Part shown: positions 26,606-35,332 of the stretch, piece after piece
Position numbering within the stretch: the first letter of the stretch is position 1
How the letters are laid out: every line of letters starts with the position of its first letter
Source: Candidatus Micrarchaeota archaeon
GTDB taxonomy: Archaea > Micrarchaeota > Micrarchaeia > Micrarchaeales > CABMGC01
Direction of reading: 5' to 3'
Assembly: GCA_021797745.1 (NCBI GenBank)
Contig: JAJZZD010000001.1
Coordinates: 128,468 to 192,467, forward strand
DNA length: 64,000 nucleotides
Made by a program: the position numbers and the translations under genes
Notes under the pieces: model-generated
The model's database searches: none
Told to the model about the DNA's origin: nothing
Seen by the model: only the letters and a program-made list of their open reading frames with translations

Positions 26606-29197
26606 ATGATGGAAAAATCAGCATATGGCGCAAACAAAACAGAAAAATCCTGCAGATTAGGCCCAGCAGCGGGAAGCATGAAAGCACAGCTCATGACACT
26701 CATAACGCTCCTTATTTTCCTGCTGATGCTAGCTGAGATATTCACGCTCGCGCTTATCAACATAAACCAGAACACTATATCGCAATCCGTAGCGTTACAG
26801 AGCTTCCAGACGAATTACGGCAAACTGCTCAGGCAAAGCGCCGATTCTTTCGCTTCGAGGAGCGCTTCGCAGTCGCTTACCACTCTGATAAATTACGAAT
26901 ACAATGCATCATTAAGGAAGGGAAATTTTGTGGCTAACGCAAGCCAATACCTGTCTGACCTTATGATTAACGGCGTCCTTCCAAACGAGACGACAGGCTA
27001 CACCCAGAACGCCATGGCTAACCTCACTCTTGAATCATACAACACGTCGCTTGCAAGAACTCTTAACATAGCAGCGCAGAATCTCACCATAAACGAAACC
27101 ATGCCTTTCGTTTATCAGCCCAACGCTTATTCGATCGGTGTGAGATACGCAGAGCGCGTTTTCATAAATGCATCTGGCACATCCTACAGATTCAACATAC
27201 CTGTCAACGTGTCTGTGCCGCTTAACGGCACATACGACCTTTTCTACGCGCAGCAAGGGGCTCTTAGAAAGATAACCTTCTTCGGATCAGGAAACCTGAC
27301 GAGCGTGATAGGTAATGCATATGCGACATCAGGCAACAATGTCGGGTTCGCATACGGAACTGTTTACTGGGTGGCGAGCAGCTCTTCGTCTTCTGCCGCT
27401 TGCAGTTCGCTGCCAAGCCAAACTACATATCTGCCTATAATAGTTACGTACAACGCACAGAACCTCGGTGGTTGCATAAACAATTATGCAGGCCTTATAA
27501 CCTATGAAGCCCCGGCATCTGTGTCAGTGCCTTATCTAGTTTACAATACGTCTTCGCACATAGTTTCGCAGCTTACCACCGGATCGAAAGTGCTTTTGTA
27601 CGGTCCCGGCTTCGATACGCTGAACATAGAAAATCTAAGGAAAGCCGTCACGGACAACTATTACTTCGCGTCGCCGTTCACGCCTTCTTATCTCCAAAGA
27701 TCTAGTTCTGACTTTATGCAATATTCGCAGCAGGGCATGTTTGACTTCATGAACTACGGTCAGCAGGCTCTGAGCATAGGCCCGGGACAAGGATACGTTA
27801 CAGCCGGCGGGTTCTCTGCACCAAACTCCATAACAATATCGCTGTGGTTCAAGCCGACTGCATTTTCAGGCAACGAGTTCCCTCTTGACAGCAACCCTTC
27901 AGGGATATGGAGAATAGGATTCGAGCCGTCATCTTCCAACAACCTAGTATTTGACCCGGACACATCTTCCGCAGTGACAATTCCGTTTGCGGTCAACAGC
28001 GAGTCATGGTATAACCTGGTGCTCAATGCCTACGATTCAGGTGCGAGCACCAAATATCTGTTTTACATGAATGGCAACCTGATAAGTTCCGGGTCTGTGT
28101 CAGGTGTGATGTCAAACTCAGTTAATGACATAGTGCTCGGCAACGAATATTCCTCATTTAACGGGGAGATTTCGAACGTGCAGATATATGACTCGAACCT
28201 ATCGGCTTCGCAGATATTCAAGCTCTACCTTAACGGAATTTCAGGACTGCCAATAAGCAACGCCAACATAATAGAGTATCTTCCGCTCAACGGCAACGCC
28301 AACGACCTGAGCGGCACAGGAGCCAACGGCGCTGTAACAAATGCAGTTTTCGTGCAGGCAACAAACTATTCACGCGACAGCATATTTTCCTATCCTGTAT
28401 CTACTGCGCTTTCGCCGATTCCAGGAATTCTCTGGTGCGATACCAATGCTGAATGTGCCTCAAATTCACAGCCGCACTTGTTCGTAGGCAGCAACCCAGT
28501 AGAAATAGGCAACAGGTATCTTGAGGTGGCAAATTTCACGCAGACGTCGTCAACAAGCAACATAGTGTCAACGGTTACAGGAACTAACTTAACGCCGGGC
28601 GGCTACAATACCGCCGCCTTCTGGATGGACTGGAACGGAGTTACCGGCGAGAAGCCCATATCTTTTGGCAGCTACTCCATACTGATGTCTTCAGTATCAT
28701 GCTTCGGGTTCGACTCTTCAGGCACTGATGTGTACGGAAGTTCTGCCAATACGCTCGGCAGATGGACCTTCGTGGCTGCAATCTTCTACAATGGCATATA
28801 TACGTCGAACAGCATGATTTACGTGAATGGCGTCCAGCAGTCTCTGACGCAGTGCGCAGGCTCTGCAAACACGCCGCTGATAAGCGACAGCGTAACAATA
28901 GGGCCGCTTAGCAGCTACCTGGCTAATGTGCAGCTTTACCGTTCCAAGCTTACAAGCGCGCAGATACAGGACCTATATTCGCGCGGACCCTACGGAACTC
29001 CGATCGTGCAGAACCTCACGGCATGGTATCCTCTGCAGGGCAACGCCAACGACTACAGCGGCTACGGAAACAACGGAACTGCATCGTCGGCAATAACCTA
29101 TCCGTACATACCTGCAGGCAGTGTTCCATTCCAAGATTCTGAGTCAGGGCTTGAAACTGAAATGCAGTTTATAGGTCTTTCGCCGCATGGCGGCTGA
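26606..29197 (+). CDS. Surface protein with an N-terminal hydrophobic anchor/signal, two LamG domains and an unpaired C-terminal LamG-start module
   Basis: MKAQLMTLITLLIFLLMLAEIF helix (a later start at 26678 is possible). LamG end signatures GEISNVQIYDSNLSASQIFKLY and YLANVQLYRSKLTSAQIQDLY. Ends with TAWYPLQGNANDYSGYGNNGTA plus 38 aa. Confidence 0.8.
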   Translation: MMEKSAYGANKTEKSCRLGPAAGSMKAQLMTLITLLIFLLMLAEIFTLALININQNTISQSVALQSFQTNYGKLLRQSADSFASRSASQSLTTLINYEYNASLRKGNFVANASQYLSDLMINGVLPNETTGYTQNAMANLTLESYNTSLARTLNIAAQNLTINETMPFVYQPNAYSIGVRYAERVFINASGTSYRFNIPVNVSVPLNGTYDLFYAQQGALRKITFFGSGNLTSVIGNAYATSGNNVGFAYGTVYWVASSSSSSAACSSLPSQTTYLPIIVTYNAQNLGGCINNYAGLITYEAPASVSVPYLVYNTSSHIVSQLTTGSKVLLYGPGFDTLNIENLRKAVTDNYYFASPFTPSYLQRSSSDFMQYSQQGMFDFMNYGQQALSIGPGQGYVTAGGFSAPNSITISLWFKPTAFSGNEFPLDSNPSGIWRIGFEPSSSNNLVFDPDTSSAVTIPFAVNSESWYNLVLNAYDSGASTKYLFYMNGNLISSGSVSGVMSNSVNDIVLGNEYSSFNGEISNVQIYDSNLSASQIFKLYLNGISGLPISNANIIEYLPLNGNANDLSGTGANGAVTNAVFVQATNYSRDSIFSYPVSTALSPIPGILWCDTNAECASNSQPHLFVGSNPVEIGNRYLEVANFTQTSSTSNIVSTVTGTNLTPGGYNTAAFWMDWNGVTGEKPISFGSYSILMSSVSCFGFDSSGTDVYGSSANTLGRWTFVAAIFYNGIYTSNSMIYVNGVQQSLTQCAGSANTPLISDSVTIGPLSSYLANVQLYRSKLTSAQIQDLYSRGPYGTPIVQNLTAWYPLQGNANDYSGYGNNGTASSAITYPYIPAGSVPFQDSESGLETEMQFIGLSPHGG
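29020..29083 (+). repeat. 64 bp segment identical to 21361..21424
   Basis: See 21361..21424. Located near the 3' end of the 863 aa gene. Confidence 0.9.
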
Positions 29198-29249
29198 CGC
29201 AGTCCTAAATTCCAGCAGCAGCCAAAAGCAGCCAGAATGGCAAAAAAAG

Positions 29250-30239
29250 TTAAACTCCTCCGAGAGAGGCGAATATGCCGCTTATCACCGCTGATGCGAC
29301 TAAGAATGTGCTTACGGCAACGAGTATGAATATTGGCATTAGTCTGATCCCCTTGACTACTGAACCGCTCGATATCGCGCTCACTATGAATGACGCAAAC
29401 GTGGCTATCATAATCACAGAAGTTAAGGCGAAATCATAGTACGCAGAGGTAGTTATCTGGGGAGGGTTTGGCCTGAGGAACGACACGCCTATAGTGGGCA
29501 GGCCTCCCGGGCTGGATTTGAGTATCTGCGTCCATACTGAATTTGTCACTCCTATCATCTGTGACGTGAGCGCGTAAAGAACTGGCGCGCCTATTATCGC
29601 CGCGAAAGCTATGAATATAGTGTAAAGAAACAATTGCCCTGATATTTCTTTCTGCACCATCTGCTGGTTTCTCAGGTCTTTTGCTATGCCGTTAAGCAAG
29701 TCAGTCATGCCTCCGCCGTATTGTATGCCTTCTATTATCATGCGTATCGTATGCTGCAATTGATTCGACCTGTATCTCTTCCCCAGGTCTACGAACGCCT
29801 GCTGCAATGTTATGCCAGTGTAAAGTTCCTTGTCTATGTCCTTTATGTCGTTTCCAAAATAGCCGAATTCAGGCCTTACTGCCAATACTACTGACTTGTC
29901 TATTGCTATTCCGCTCCTTATGTTTGCCGCAACTATCTGCAGGTAGTCAGGAAGCACACTTTCCACGAAATTTTTCCTCTGCTCTATCTTGAGTTCAAGT
30001 ACTGCATAAAGGAGCAGCTCATAAATTCCCGTAGCTGCAAAGCCGGCCAAAGCAGCGATTCCCGTGTTGTATCCTTCAGTTACCAGCAGCGCAGGCACTA
30101 AGACGAAAACGAGTATTCCGCCGAATATCACAAGAGTCAGGTATCTTTCAAGCGTCATCCTGATACCGGAGAGCTTCAGCTCCTCCCTGAGTATATTCGC
30201 GACGTTTCTCGAAACCAATTTTTCCAGGGATAAAGCCAT
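29250..30239 (-). CDS. Type II secretion system F-domain membrane protein (FlaJ/TadC-like pilus platform subunit, single T2SSF domain)
   Basis: One cytoplasmic helical T2SSF-like domain (LQQAFVDLGKRYRSNQLQHTIRMIIEGIQYGGGMTDLLNGIAKDL) flanked by TM helices. Adjacent to a second single-domain paralog and to the ATPase. Confidence 0.8.
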   Translation of the reverse strand: MALSLEKLVSRNVANILREELKLSGIRMTLERYLTLVIFGGILVFVLVPALLVTEGYNTGIAALAGFAATGIYELLLYAVLELKIEQRKNFVESVLPDYLQIVAANIRSGIAIDKSVVLAVRPEFGYFGNDIKDIDKELYTGITLQQAFVDLGKRYRSNQLQHTIRMIIEGIQYGGGMTDLLNGIAKDLRNQQMVQKEISGQLFLYTIFIAFAAIIGAPVLYALTSQMIGVTNSVWTQILKSSPGGLPTIGVSFLRPNPPQITTSAYYDFALTSVIMIATFASFIVSAISSGSVVKGIRLMPIFILVAVSTFLVASAVISGIFASLGGV

Positions 30240-30243
30240 TTAA

Positions 30244-31419
30244 TCACATTGCGAACGAAGGTCTGGAGCTCCTGAGTATGTTGAGGAACAAAATCTGCAC
30301 GAACAGCATGCCCACTATCATCATCAAAAGCGTAGTAGGTGTAACTGTTATTATGTTTATGAATGTGGTTATTATTGCAGCTACTGCTATGCCCATGCTG
30401 GGGAATATGACCCCGAAAAGCATGTAAAACATTGCGAGGGCATTGAGCCTCTGTCCGTATCTCCTCAGCTCTATCACGCGCTCCTGCATTACCTCGTCCA
30501 CAACTTCCTGCAGAGCCCCAACAATGTCTGCGCCCGCTTTTATGCTGACGCTAGCCTGAAGCATTATTCTTTTGAACGTTTTCGACTTGCTCTGAGCGCT
30601 CACCCGGTCTATTGCATCGCTTATTGGCGTACCAAGCTCCACAAGGTCCACAATTTTTTTGAATTCGTCGCTGGCTGCGCCGTAGCCCGTGCTTACTGAT
30701 GTTATAGCGTTGAATAGAGGCACTCCAGAACGCATACCTATCACTATGTCCCTTGTGGCGAAAAGTATGTCCTTTTCGATTTCCTTGCCTTCTGCTTTGA
30801 CTTTTTCCAACGGATAAGTTATAAATTTCTGGAAGAATGCGATCCGGAGGGCATAGCCAAAGGCAATGCCTATTACTATTCCTGCTATCACGTTGCCGAA
30901 TCTTATCAGCAACGCAGCTACCGCGACTGCTAAGACTGCTGCAACTATTATCGAATTTATGAGCATCTTCTTCACGAAATCGTACGGGCTTATCTTCATG
31001 CCCGATTCTATGAGAGCGTCGTCAAGGCCCTTGTGCTTTTCAAGCTCCTTGGCGATGTAGATTTGTATCATTCCAGGCTTCTTGAATCTCTGCTCTCCCT
31101 GACCGGCAGATTTTGGCTGCGGCTCCTTATGGCCGAAAGCGGCTTTCGGAATTGCAGAATATTCGGGTATTTCCTCATGCTCCGCTCCTCTGCCTTCTGC
31201 CGGCCTTGCTGCAGGGTTGGCTGTGATTTCAGGAGAGTACATATGCTGGCCAGGCTGTGCCTGTTGTGCAGCTTGCTGCGCAGCCTGTGGCTGCTCGTTA
31301 GAATATATCGGCTTTGACCTTATCTTGAAAAAAAGAAATTTCCTGCTCTTGGTGAATCCGGTTATACTTGCACTCTTGTTTGTTTCATTGCTTTTTTTCC
31401 GGAATAATTTCATAAACAT
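30244..31419 (-). CDS. Type II secretion system F-domain membrane protein (FlaJ/TadB-like) with a ~130 aa Gln/Ala/Pro-rich N-terminal extension
   Basis: T2SSF-like region GMRSGVPLFNAITSVSTGYGAASDEFKKIVDLVELGTPISDAIDRV..IKAGADIVGALQEV plus TM helices. N-terminal PQAAQQAAQQAQPGQ low complexity. ATG 31419 or 31413 preferred over TTG 31434. Confidence 0.8.
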   Translation of the reverse strand: MFMKLFRKKSNETNKSASITGFTKSRKFLFFKIRSKPIYSNEQPQAAQQAAQQAQPGQHMYSPEITANPAARPAEGRGAEHEEIPEYSAIPKAAFGHKEPQPKSAGQGEQRFKKPGMIQIYIAKELEKHKGLDDALIESGMKISPYDFVKKMLINSIIVAAVLAVAVAALLIRFGNVIAGIVIGIAFGYALRIAFFQKFITYPLEKVKAEGKEIEKDILFATRDIVIGMRSGVPLFNAITSVSTGYGAASDEFKKIVDLVELGTPISDAIDRVSAQSKSKTFKRIMLQASVSIKAGADIVGALQEVVDEVMQERVIELRRYGQRLNALAMFYMLFGVIFPSMGIAVAAIITTFINIITVTPTTLLMMIVGMLFVQILFLNILRSSRPSFAM

Positions 31420-31441
31420 CACTGTCAAATTCAACCCGATT

Positions 31442-32089
31442 TCACTGGGCTATGCCAAGCTGAAGCGCAACTGCCATGAGCAGCTGGTTCCTTGCGTTTA
31501 CCTGGTCCTGCGGCGCATTGGTCTTCTTCTGCATGATTTTCAAGAGTCCTGCTATCTCGTCATTTATTACATTAAGCTCGTCTTCGCCGAACGCGTTCTC
31601 GTCAAGCCCTTCGCTTATCTTCTGCAAGTCGTTTATTTGGTCCTGGAGTGATAGCTTCGGGAGCACTAGCCCTGAGGTGTTTACCTTTTCAGAAAATTTT
31701 TCAATATTGCCTTCAAACTCCTCGCCTATGTTCCTGAACCTCTGCTCGAGCTTTCCCGCAGCCTTTTCAGTTTCTTTCCTGTATTCCTCGTTCCTTATGA
31801 CCCTCTTTATTCCCGGAGCCGGCTTCTGCGCCTCTTTTTCTTTTCCCGCATGTGCAGCCTGCGTCTGAATCTCTGCCTGCTGTTTTTCCTTTGCCTCCTT
31901 TGCCGCCTCCGGTTTAACGCGAACTCTTATCCCTTCTGCTTTTTCCACGTCTTCTAATACGTCGCCATATGCCTGTTTTTTGACTTCCTGCGCTTTCTCA
32001 AGCGCATCGTTTCCCACACTTAGCTCCCCGACTCTGCCGCCTTCTTCTGATTCAGTTATCAGTCTGATTGCTTCTTGGTAAGTTGTCAA
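31442..32089 (-). CDS. Hypothetical highly charged (Glu/Lys-rich) soluble protein of the pilus operon
   Basis: ORF packed between the ATPase and platform genes (16 and 22 nt gaps). No TM helix and no recognisable motif. Confidence 0.6.
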   Translation of the reverse strand: MTTYQEAIRLITESEEGGRVGELSVGNDALEKAQEVKKQAYGDVLEDVEKAEGIRVRVKPEAAKEAKEKQQAEIQTQAAHAGKEKEAQKPAPGIKRVIRNEEYRKETEKAAGKLEQRFRNIGEEFEGNIEKFSEKVNTSGLVLPKLSLQDQINDLQKISEGLDENAFGEDELNVINDEIAGLLKIMQKKTNAPQDQVNARNQLLMAVALQLGIAQ

Positions 32090-32105
32090 TCACGGCACCC
32101 ATGCA

Positions 32106-33593
32106 TCATAATATGTCGTTAGAGAACTTAACGTCCTCTTCCGCCAATTCGAGTATCTTTTCCCTGTTTTTGTAGTAGTTAACTACCACCAATCCTGCGT
32201 CATTCACGTCGTATATCTTGTTCTTCACCATCCAGCTCAGAATCTTGGATTTTTTAGCTAGCTCGTCTGCTATTTCGTTCTTACTGTATCCGCCATAAAG
32301 GATTATTGTGTCCAACAGCCTCTTGAAATCGCCATTTTTGACGAATGTGTCAGTACTTACATCCCACCTGTATATCGAGTTCACGTTGCCGTCGTTAAGT
32401 ATTTCGCCAAAGTCAAGAAGCCTCCTTATGCCAAGGCGCCTGTGCCTTAAAAGCGAGACGACGCTTCCGAACGCATTCAGCATTATCTTGGGCGTGTCTA
32501 TCGGAGGATTGGTCATTCTTATTATAGTATCCTCTGCGTTGTCGGCATGCACTGTGCCGTACACTGCATGGCCGGTGTGTATTGCCTCGAGGAGCGTCTC
32601 GGCGTCAGGCTTTGTCCTTACCTCTCCTATCAGCACTATGTCCGGCCTTTGCCTAAGCGCATTTATCATCAAATCATACAGCTTTATTTCTCCCTTGCCT
32701 TCAGGGTTCGGCTGTCTGGTAAGCATTGGCACCCAGTGCAGGAAATCCGGCAGCGTCAGCTCCCTGGTTTCCTCGACAGAAATTATTCTCCTTGTCGCAG
32801 GCATGAAAATGCTCATTGCGTTCAAAAAGCTCGTCTTCCCGCTCGCAGTGCCTCCTGATATGAGTATGCTTATCTCGTTCTCTATGCACAACCATACGAG
32901 CGAAGCTATTTCTGGCGATATCGTTCCATTGCCTATCATTGCAGGCATTGTCCACGGGTTCTTTCCGAACTTTCTTATAGTAAGAGTGTTGCCCTTCTGC
33001 GAAATAGGATAAAGTGTGGCATTGACCCTTGAGCCGTCAGGCAGTTCAGCGTCCATCAGCGGCGAAAGGTTTGTTATCTGCCTGCCTACTCTCCTGCCTA
33101 TCTGCTCTGCGTCGTTGTAAATGGCGTTCTCATTCTGAAGCCTTATGTTGGTCCTGCACCAGCCATAGACCTTGTGATACACCCACGCATTTTCGCTTGA
33201 GTTGTTTATCACTACCTCTTCCAGGTTTTCGTCTGCAAGCGGAGCTTCGAGCTCACCAAGGCCGAGCATGACGTTTACCACGTATGCTATTATGACTTTT
33301 TTCGAGTCCTTGGCAGTTCCAGGCAGATACCTGTCTATTAGTATGTTCGAGGCTTCTGAATATCTGTCAGTGAGCTCCCCTATGTATTCTTTGCTCTCTA
33401 TCTTCATTATGTCTATTGGGACCATCGATATTAGCTCCTGCCGTAGGGACTGGAGCAATATTTTCGTTGCATCGCCCAAGCCTGGTATCAAAATGTAGTA
33501 GATGGGCGTGAACCCGCCCTCGTCCTTTATTGTTATGTTTACCGATAGCCCGTGTGCATCGAGATTGTATGTTTCCAATATTTTTTCAGCCAT
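32106..33593 (-). CDS. FlaI/TadA/VirB11-type secretion ATPase (type IV pilus assembly ATPase)
   Basis: Walker A GGTASGKTS, Asp box region RIISVEETRELTL, Walker B DIVLIGEVR, His box HTGHAVYGTVHA. ATG 33593 (MAEKIL) preferred over 33623. Confidence 0.9.
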   Translation of the reverse strand: MAEKILETYNLDAHGLSVNITIKDEGGFTPIYYILIPGLGDATKILLQSLRQELISMVPIDIMKIESKEYIGELTDRYSEASNILIDRYLPGTAKDSKKVIIAYVVNVMLGLGELEAPLADENLEEVVINNSSENAWVYHKVYGWCRTNIRLQNENAIYNDAEQIGRRVGRQITNLSPLMDAELPDGSRVNATLYPISQKGNTLTIRKFGKNPWTMPAMIGNGTISPEIASLVWLCIENEISILISGGTASGKTSFLNAMSIFMPATRRIISVEETRELTLPDFLHWVPMLTRQPNPEGKGEIKLYDLMINALRQRPDIVLIGEVRTKPDAETLLEAIHTGHAVYGTVHADNAEDTIIRMTNPPIDTPKIMLNAFGSVVSLLRHRRLGIRRLLDFGEILNDGNVNSIYRWDVSTDTFVKNGDFKRLLDTIILYGGYSKNEIADELAKKSKILSWMVKNKIYDVNDAGLVVVNYYKNREKILELAEEDVKFSNDIL

Positions 33594-33713
33594 GCAAACG
33601 CCGTCCGATTTATGAATCTGCAATTTACGCTTTATCCCTTTACGATTGATTCAATGCCTTCTCTAATTTTTAATACCTTCCCGCATCTGGCTTAGAGCGC
33701 ACGTGCGCCATGC

Positions 33714-34901
33714 CTATTTTCCTTTCGGCTTTTTGATTCCTTTGATATCTTTGCCTAACTTCGAAATGGCATTTCTGCTAGATGCTGCCTTGTTTGCTGC
33801 GGCTTCTACTGCGGCGCTCTTTTCAGGCAGCCTGTCTGCGCTGATGACGCTTGCGCTTTTCAGTATGCTTTTTATCTCGCCCAGCTCTTTTACTATCTCA
33901 TCCCTTTCCTGCTGTACTGCCTGTATGCTGCTTCGCATTTCTCTTATCCTTGAATCAAGTTCTGCATATCCGCCTAGTTTTCCGCGCACGTTTTCAATTG
34001 CCGCTTTCAATGCCGCGATCTGGCCCTTTGCGGCGTCATACATCTGGCGAGTTTCCTGGACAGTTTTCGAAACTGTGTCAAGCATGCTCGCCCTGTATTT
34101 CAAAAGCTCTTTTTTCGTATTCTCTGCATTGGCTTTGTATTCTTTGGAAATCCTGTCATAGTCCTCGACTTTCCTTGACTGCTCGCTGAGTTCCCTACTG
34201 AGCGCTGTCTCTTCATTCCTTATATTTCTCACAATTTCGTCGAAGGTTTCTTTCTGCTCCTTTTGCTGTTCGTAGAACATCCTGTTCAGCACTGTGAGCC
34301 TCTCGTGCGCGTCGCTGAGCATAGCCTGCAAATCATTCATTCTGCTCTTGGCATCCACTAGCGGTCCGTAGCCCTCTATCTGCTCAGCGCGTTTTTCAAT
34401 CTCTTCAAGCTCCGGGCTAACCTTCTGAAGCATGTCTTCCTCTGTTTTTTTTATGCCTACAAGCTTCGCATCGGTTTTTTCCGCTGCTGTTTCATACGCG
34501 CTGAGTTTGTCAAGCATCTCCTTTATCGCGCCAGCCTTTGACTTGAATTCTGATTCTGTAATTACCGCAGTTTTTTTGTAGCTCTCTATCGCCGCATCAA
34601 GTTCTTTTATGCTTTCTTCCTGCGCTTTAATGTCTTCTTCAAGTGTTACCTTTTTCATCTCTGCTGTCTTCTTTGCACTTTCCGATATTTCGCCGCTGCC
34701 ACCCGATAAGCTCACATACATCTTACCTACTTTGTAGGCGACTTTTATCACGTCTGCCTTTTCCAGTATGCCCACCCACGATTCCACGTTGCCTTCTTCG
34801 ACTCCGAGCTTGCTGGCAAGCTCAGTGGCCTCTGTTTCCCCATGCTCCTTCAGGTAGTTGACGAGGTTGTCTATGCCTGTTGTTATGACCTGGTCTGCCA
34901 T
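33714..34901 (-). CDS. Winged-helix-like N-terminal domain fused to a ~330 aa coiled-coil protein (pilus locus accessory)
   Basis: N-terminal 60 aa (ITTGIDNLVNYLKEHGETEATELASKLGVEEGNVESWVGILEKADVIKVAYKVGKMYV) is paralogous to the adjacent 77 aa protein. The rest is heptad-like and Glu/Lys/Ala-rich. Confidence 0.7.
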   Translation of the reverse strand: MADQVITTGIDNLVNYLKEHGETEATELASKLGVEEGNVESWVGILEKADVIKVAYKVGKMYVSLSGGSGEISESAKKTAEMKKVTLEEDIKAQEESIKELDAAIESYKKTAVITESEFKSKAGAIKEMLDKLSAYETAAEKTDAKLVGIKKTEEDMLQKVSPELEEIEKRAEQIEGYGPLVDAKSRMNDLQAMLSDAHERLTVLNRMFYEQQKEQKETFDEIVRNIRNEETALSRELSEQSRKVEDYDRISKEYKANAENTKKELLKYRASMLDTVSKTVQETRQMYDAAKGQIAALKAAIENVRGKLGGYAELDSRIREMRSSIQAVQQERDEIVKELGEIKSILKSASVISADRLPEKSAAVEAAANKAASSRNAISKLGKDIKGIKKPKGK

Positions 34902-34983
34902 GAATTTCGTTATAAACTACTTTTAAAAGATTTAATACCCTTTTGTATTGGTAACTGCGTTTAGGACGCGCATATCTATCACG

Positions 34984-35217
34984 TCACTGTCGCTCTCCGG
35001 CTTTGCCATTTTCAAGAACTCGCACGTACATCCTGCCCATGCGGTAGCTCACTCCCACAACTCCTGCCTTTTCCAGGGCGCCGACCCACTCTTCAATGTG
35101 CTTTTCATCCGACTTGACCGCTTTGGCCAATTCCGCAGACTCTGTCTCCCCGTGTCTTTTAAGGTAGGCGACCAGCTCGTCGATGCTTGTGGTTACAGTT
35201 TCACTGTCCATATTCAC
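34984..35217 (-). CDS. Stand-alone winged-helix-like small protein, paralog of the N-terminus of 33714..34901
   Basis: VTTSIDELVAYLKRHGETESAELAKAVKSDEKHIEEWVGALEKAGVVGVSYRMGRMYV aligns position-for-position with the neighbour (roughly half the residues identical by eye). Confidence 0.65.
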   Translation of the reverse strand: MNMDSETVTTSIDELVAYLKRHGETESAELAKAVKSDEKHIEEWVGALEKAGVVGVSYRMGRMYVRVLENGKAGERQ

Positions 35218-35332
35218 ACGTTAATTTATCTGTCCATTATGATTTCTTGGTTTAGTTTCCTGTTGCTCCTGTTTTCCTTTCATTTTCAGTCTGTTCAAGC
35301 CACACATGGTTCGCATAACACTACCGTTTACG

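Noticed and set aside
21361-29083. The idea that the identical 64 bp segments are the template/variable repeats of a diversity-generating retroelement
   Set aside because: The copies are perfectly identical, with no adenine-specific differences. No reverse transcriptase gene is present in the window, and the segment encodes a conserved module rather than a variable ligand-binding site.
31217-31651. 144 aa Cys/Ala-rich plus-strand ORF (CACCAACCAACGC...)
   Set aside because: It is the antisense shadow of the Gln/Ala-rich N-terminus of the T2SSF gene and of the 215 aa gene.
32308-33012. 234 aa ORF on the plus strand inside the ATPase gene
   Set aside because: It is antisense to the FlaI/TadA-type ATPase, whose Walker and His-box motifs are unambiguous. 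It is a low-complexity Ser/Leu-rich shadow ORF.
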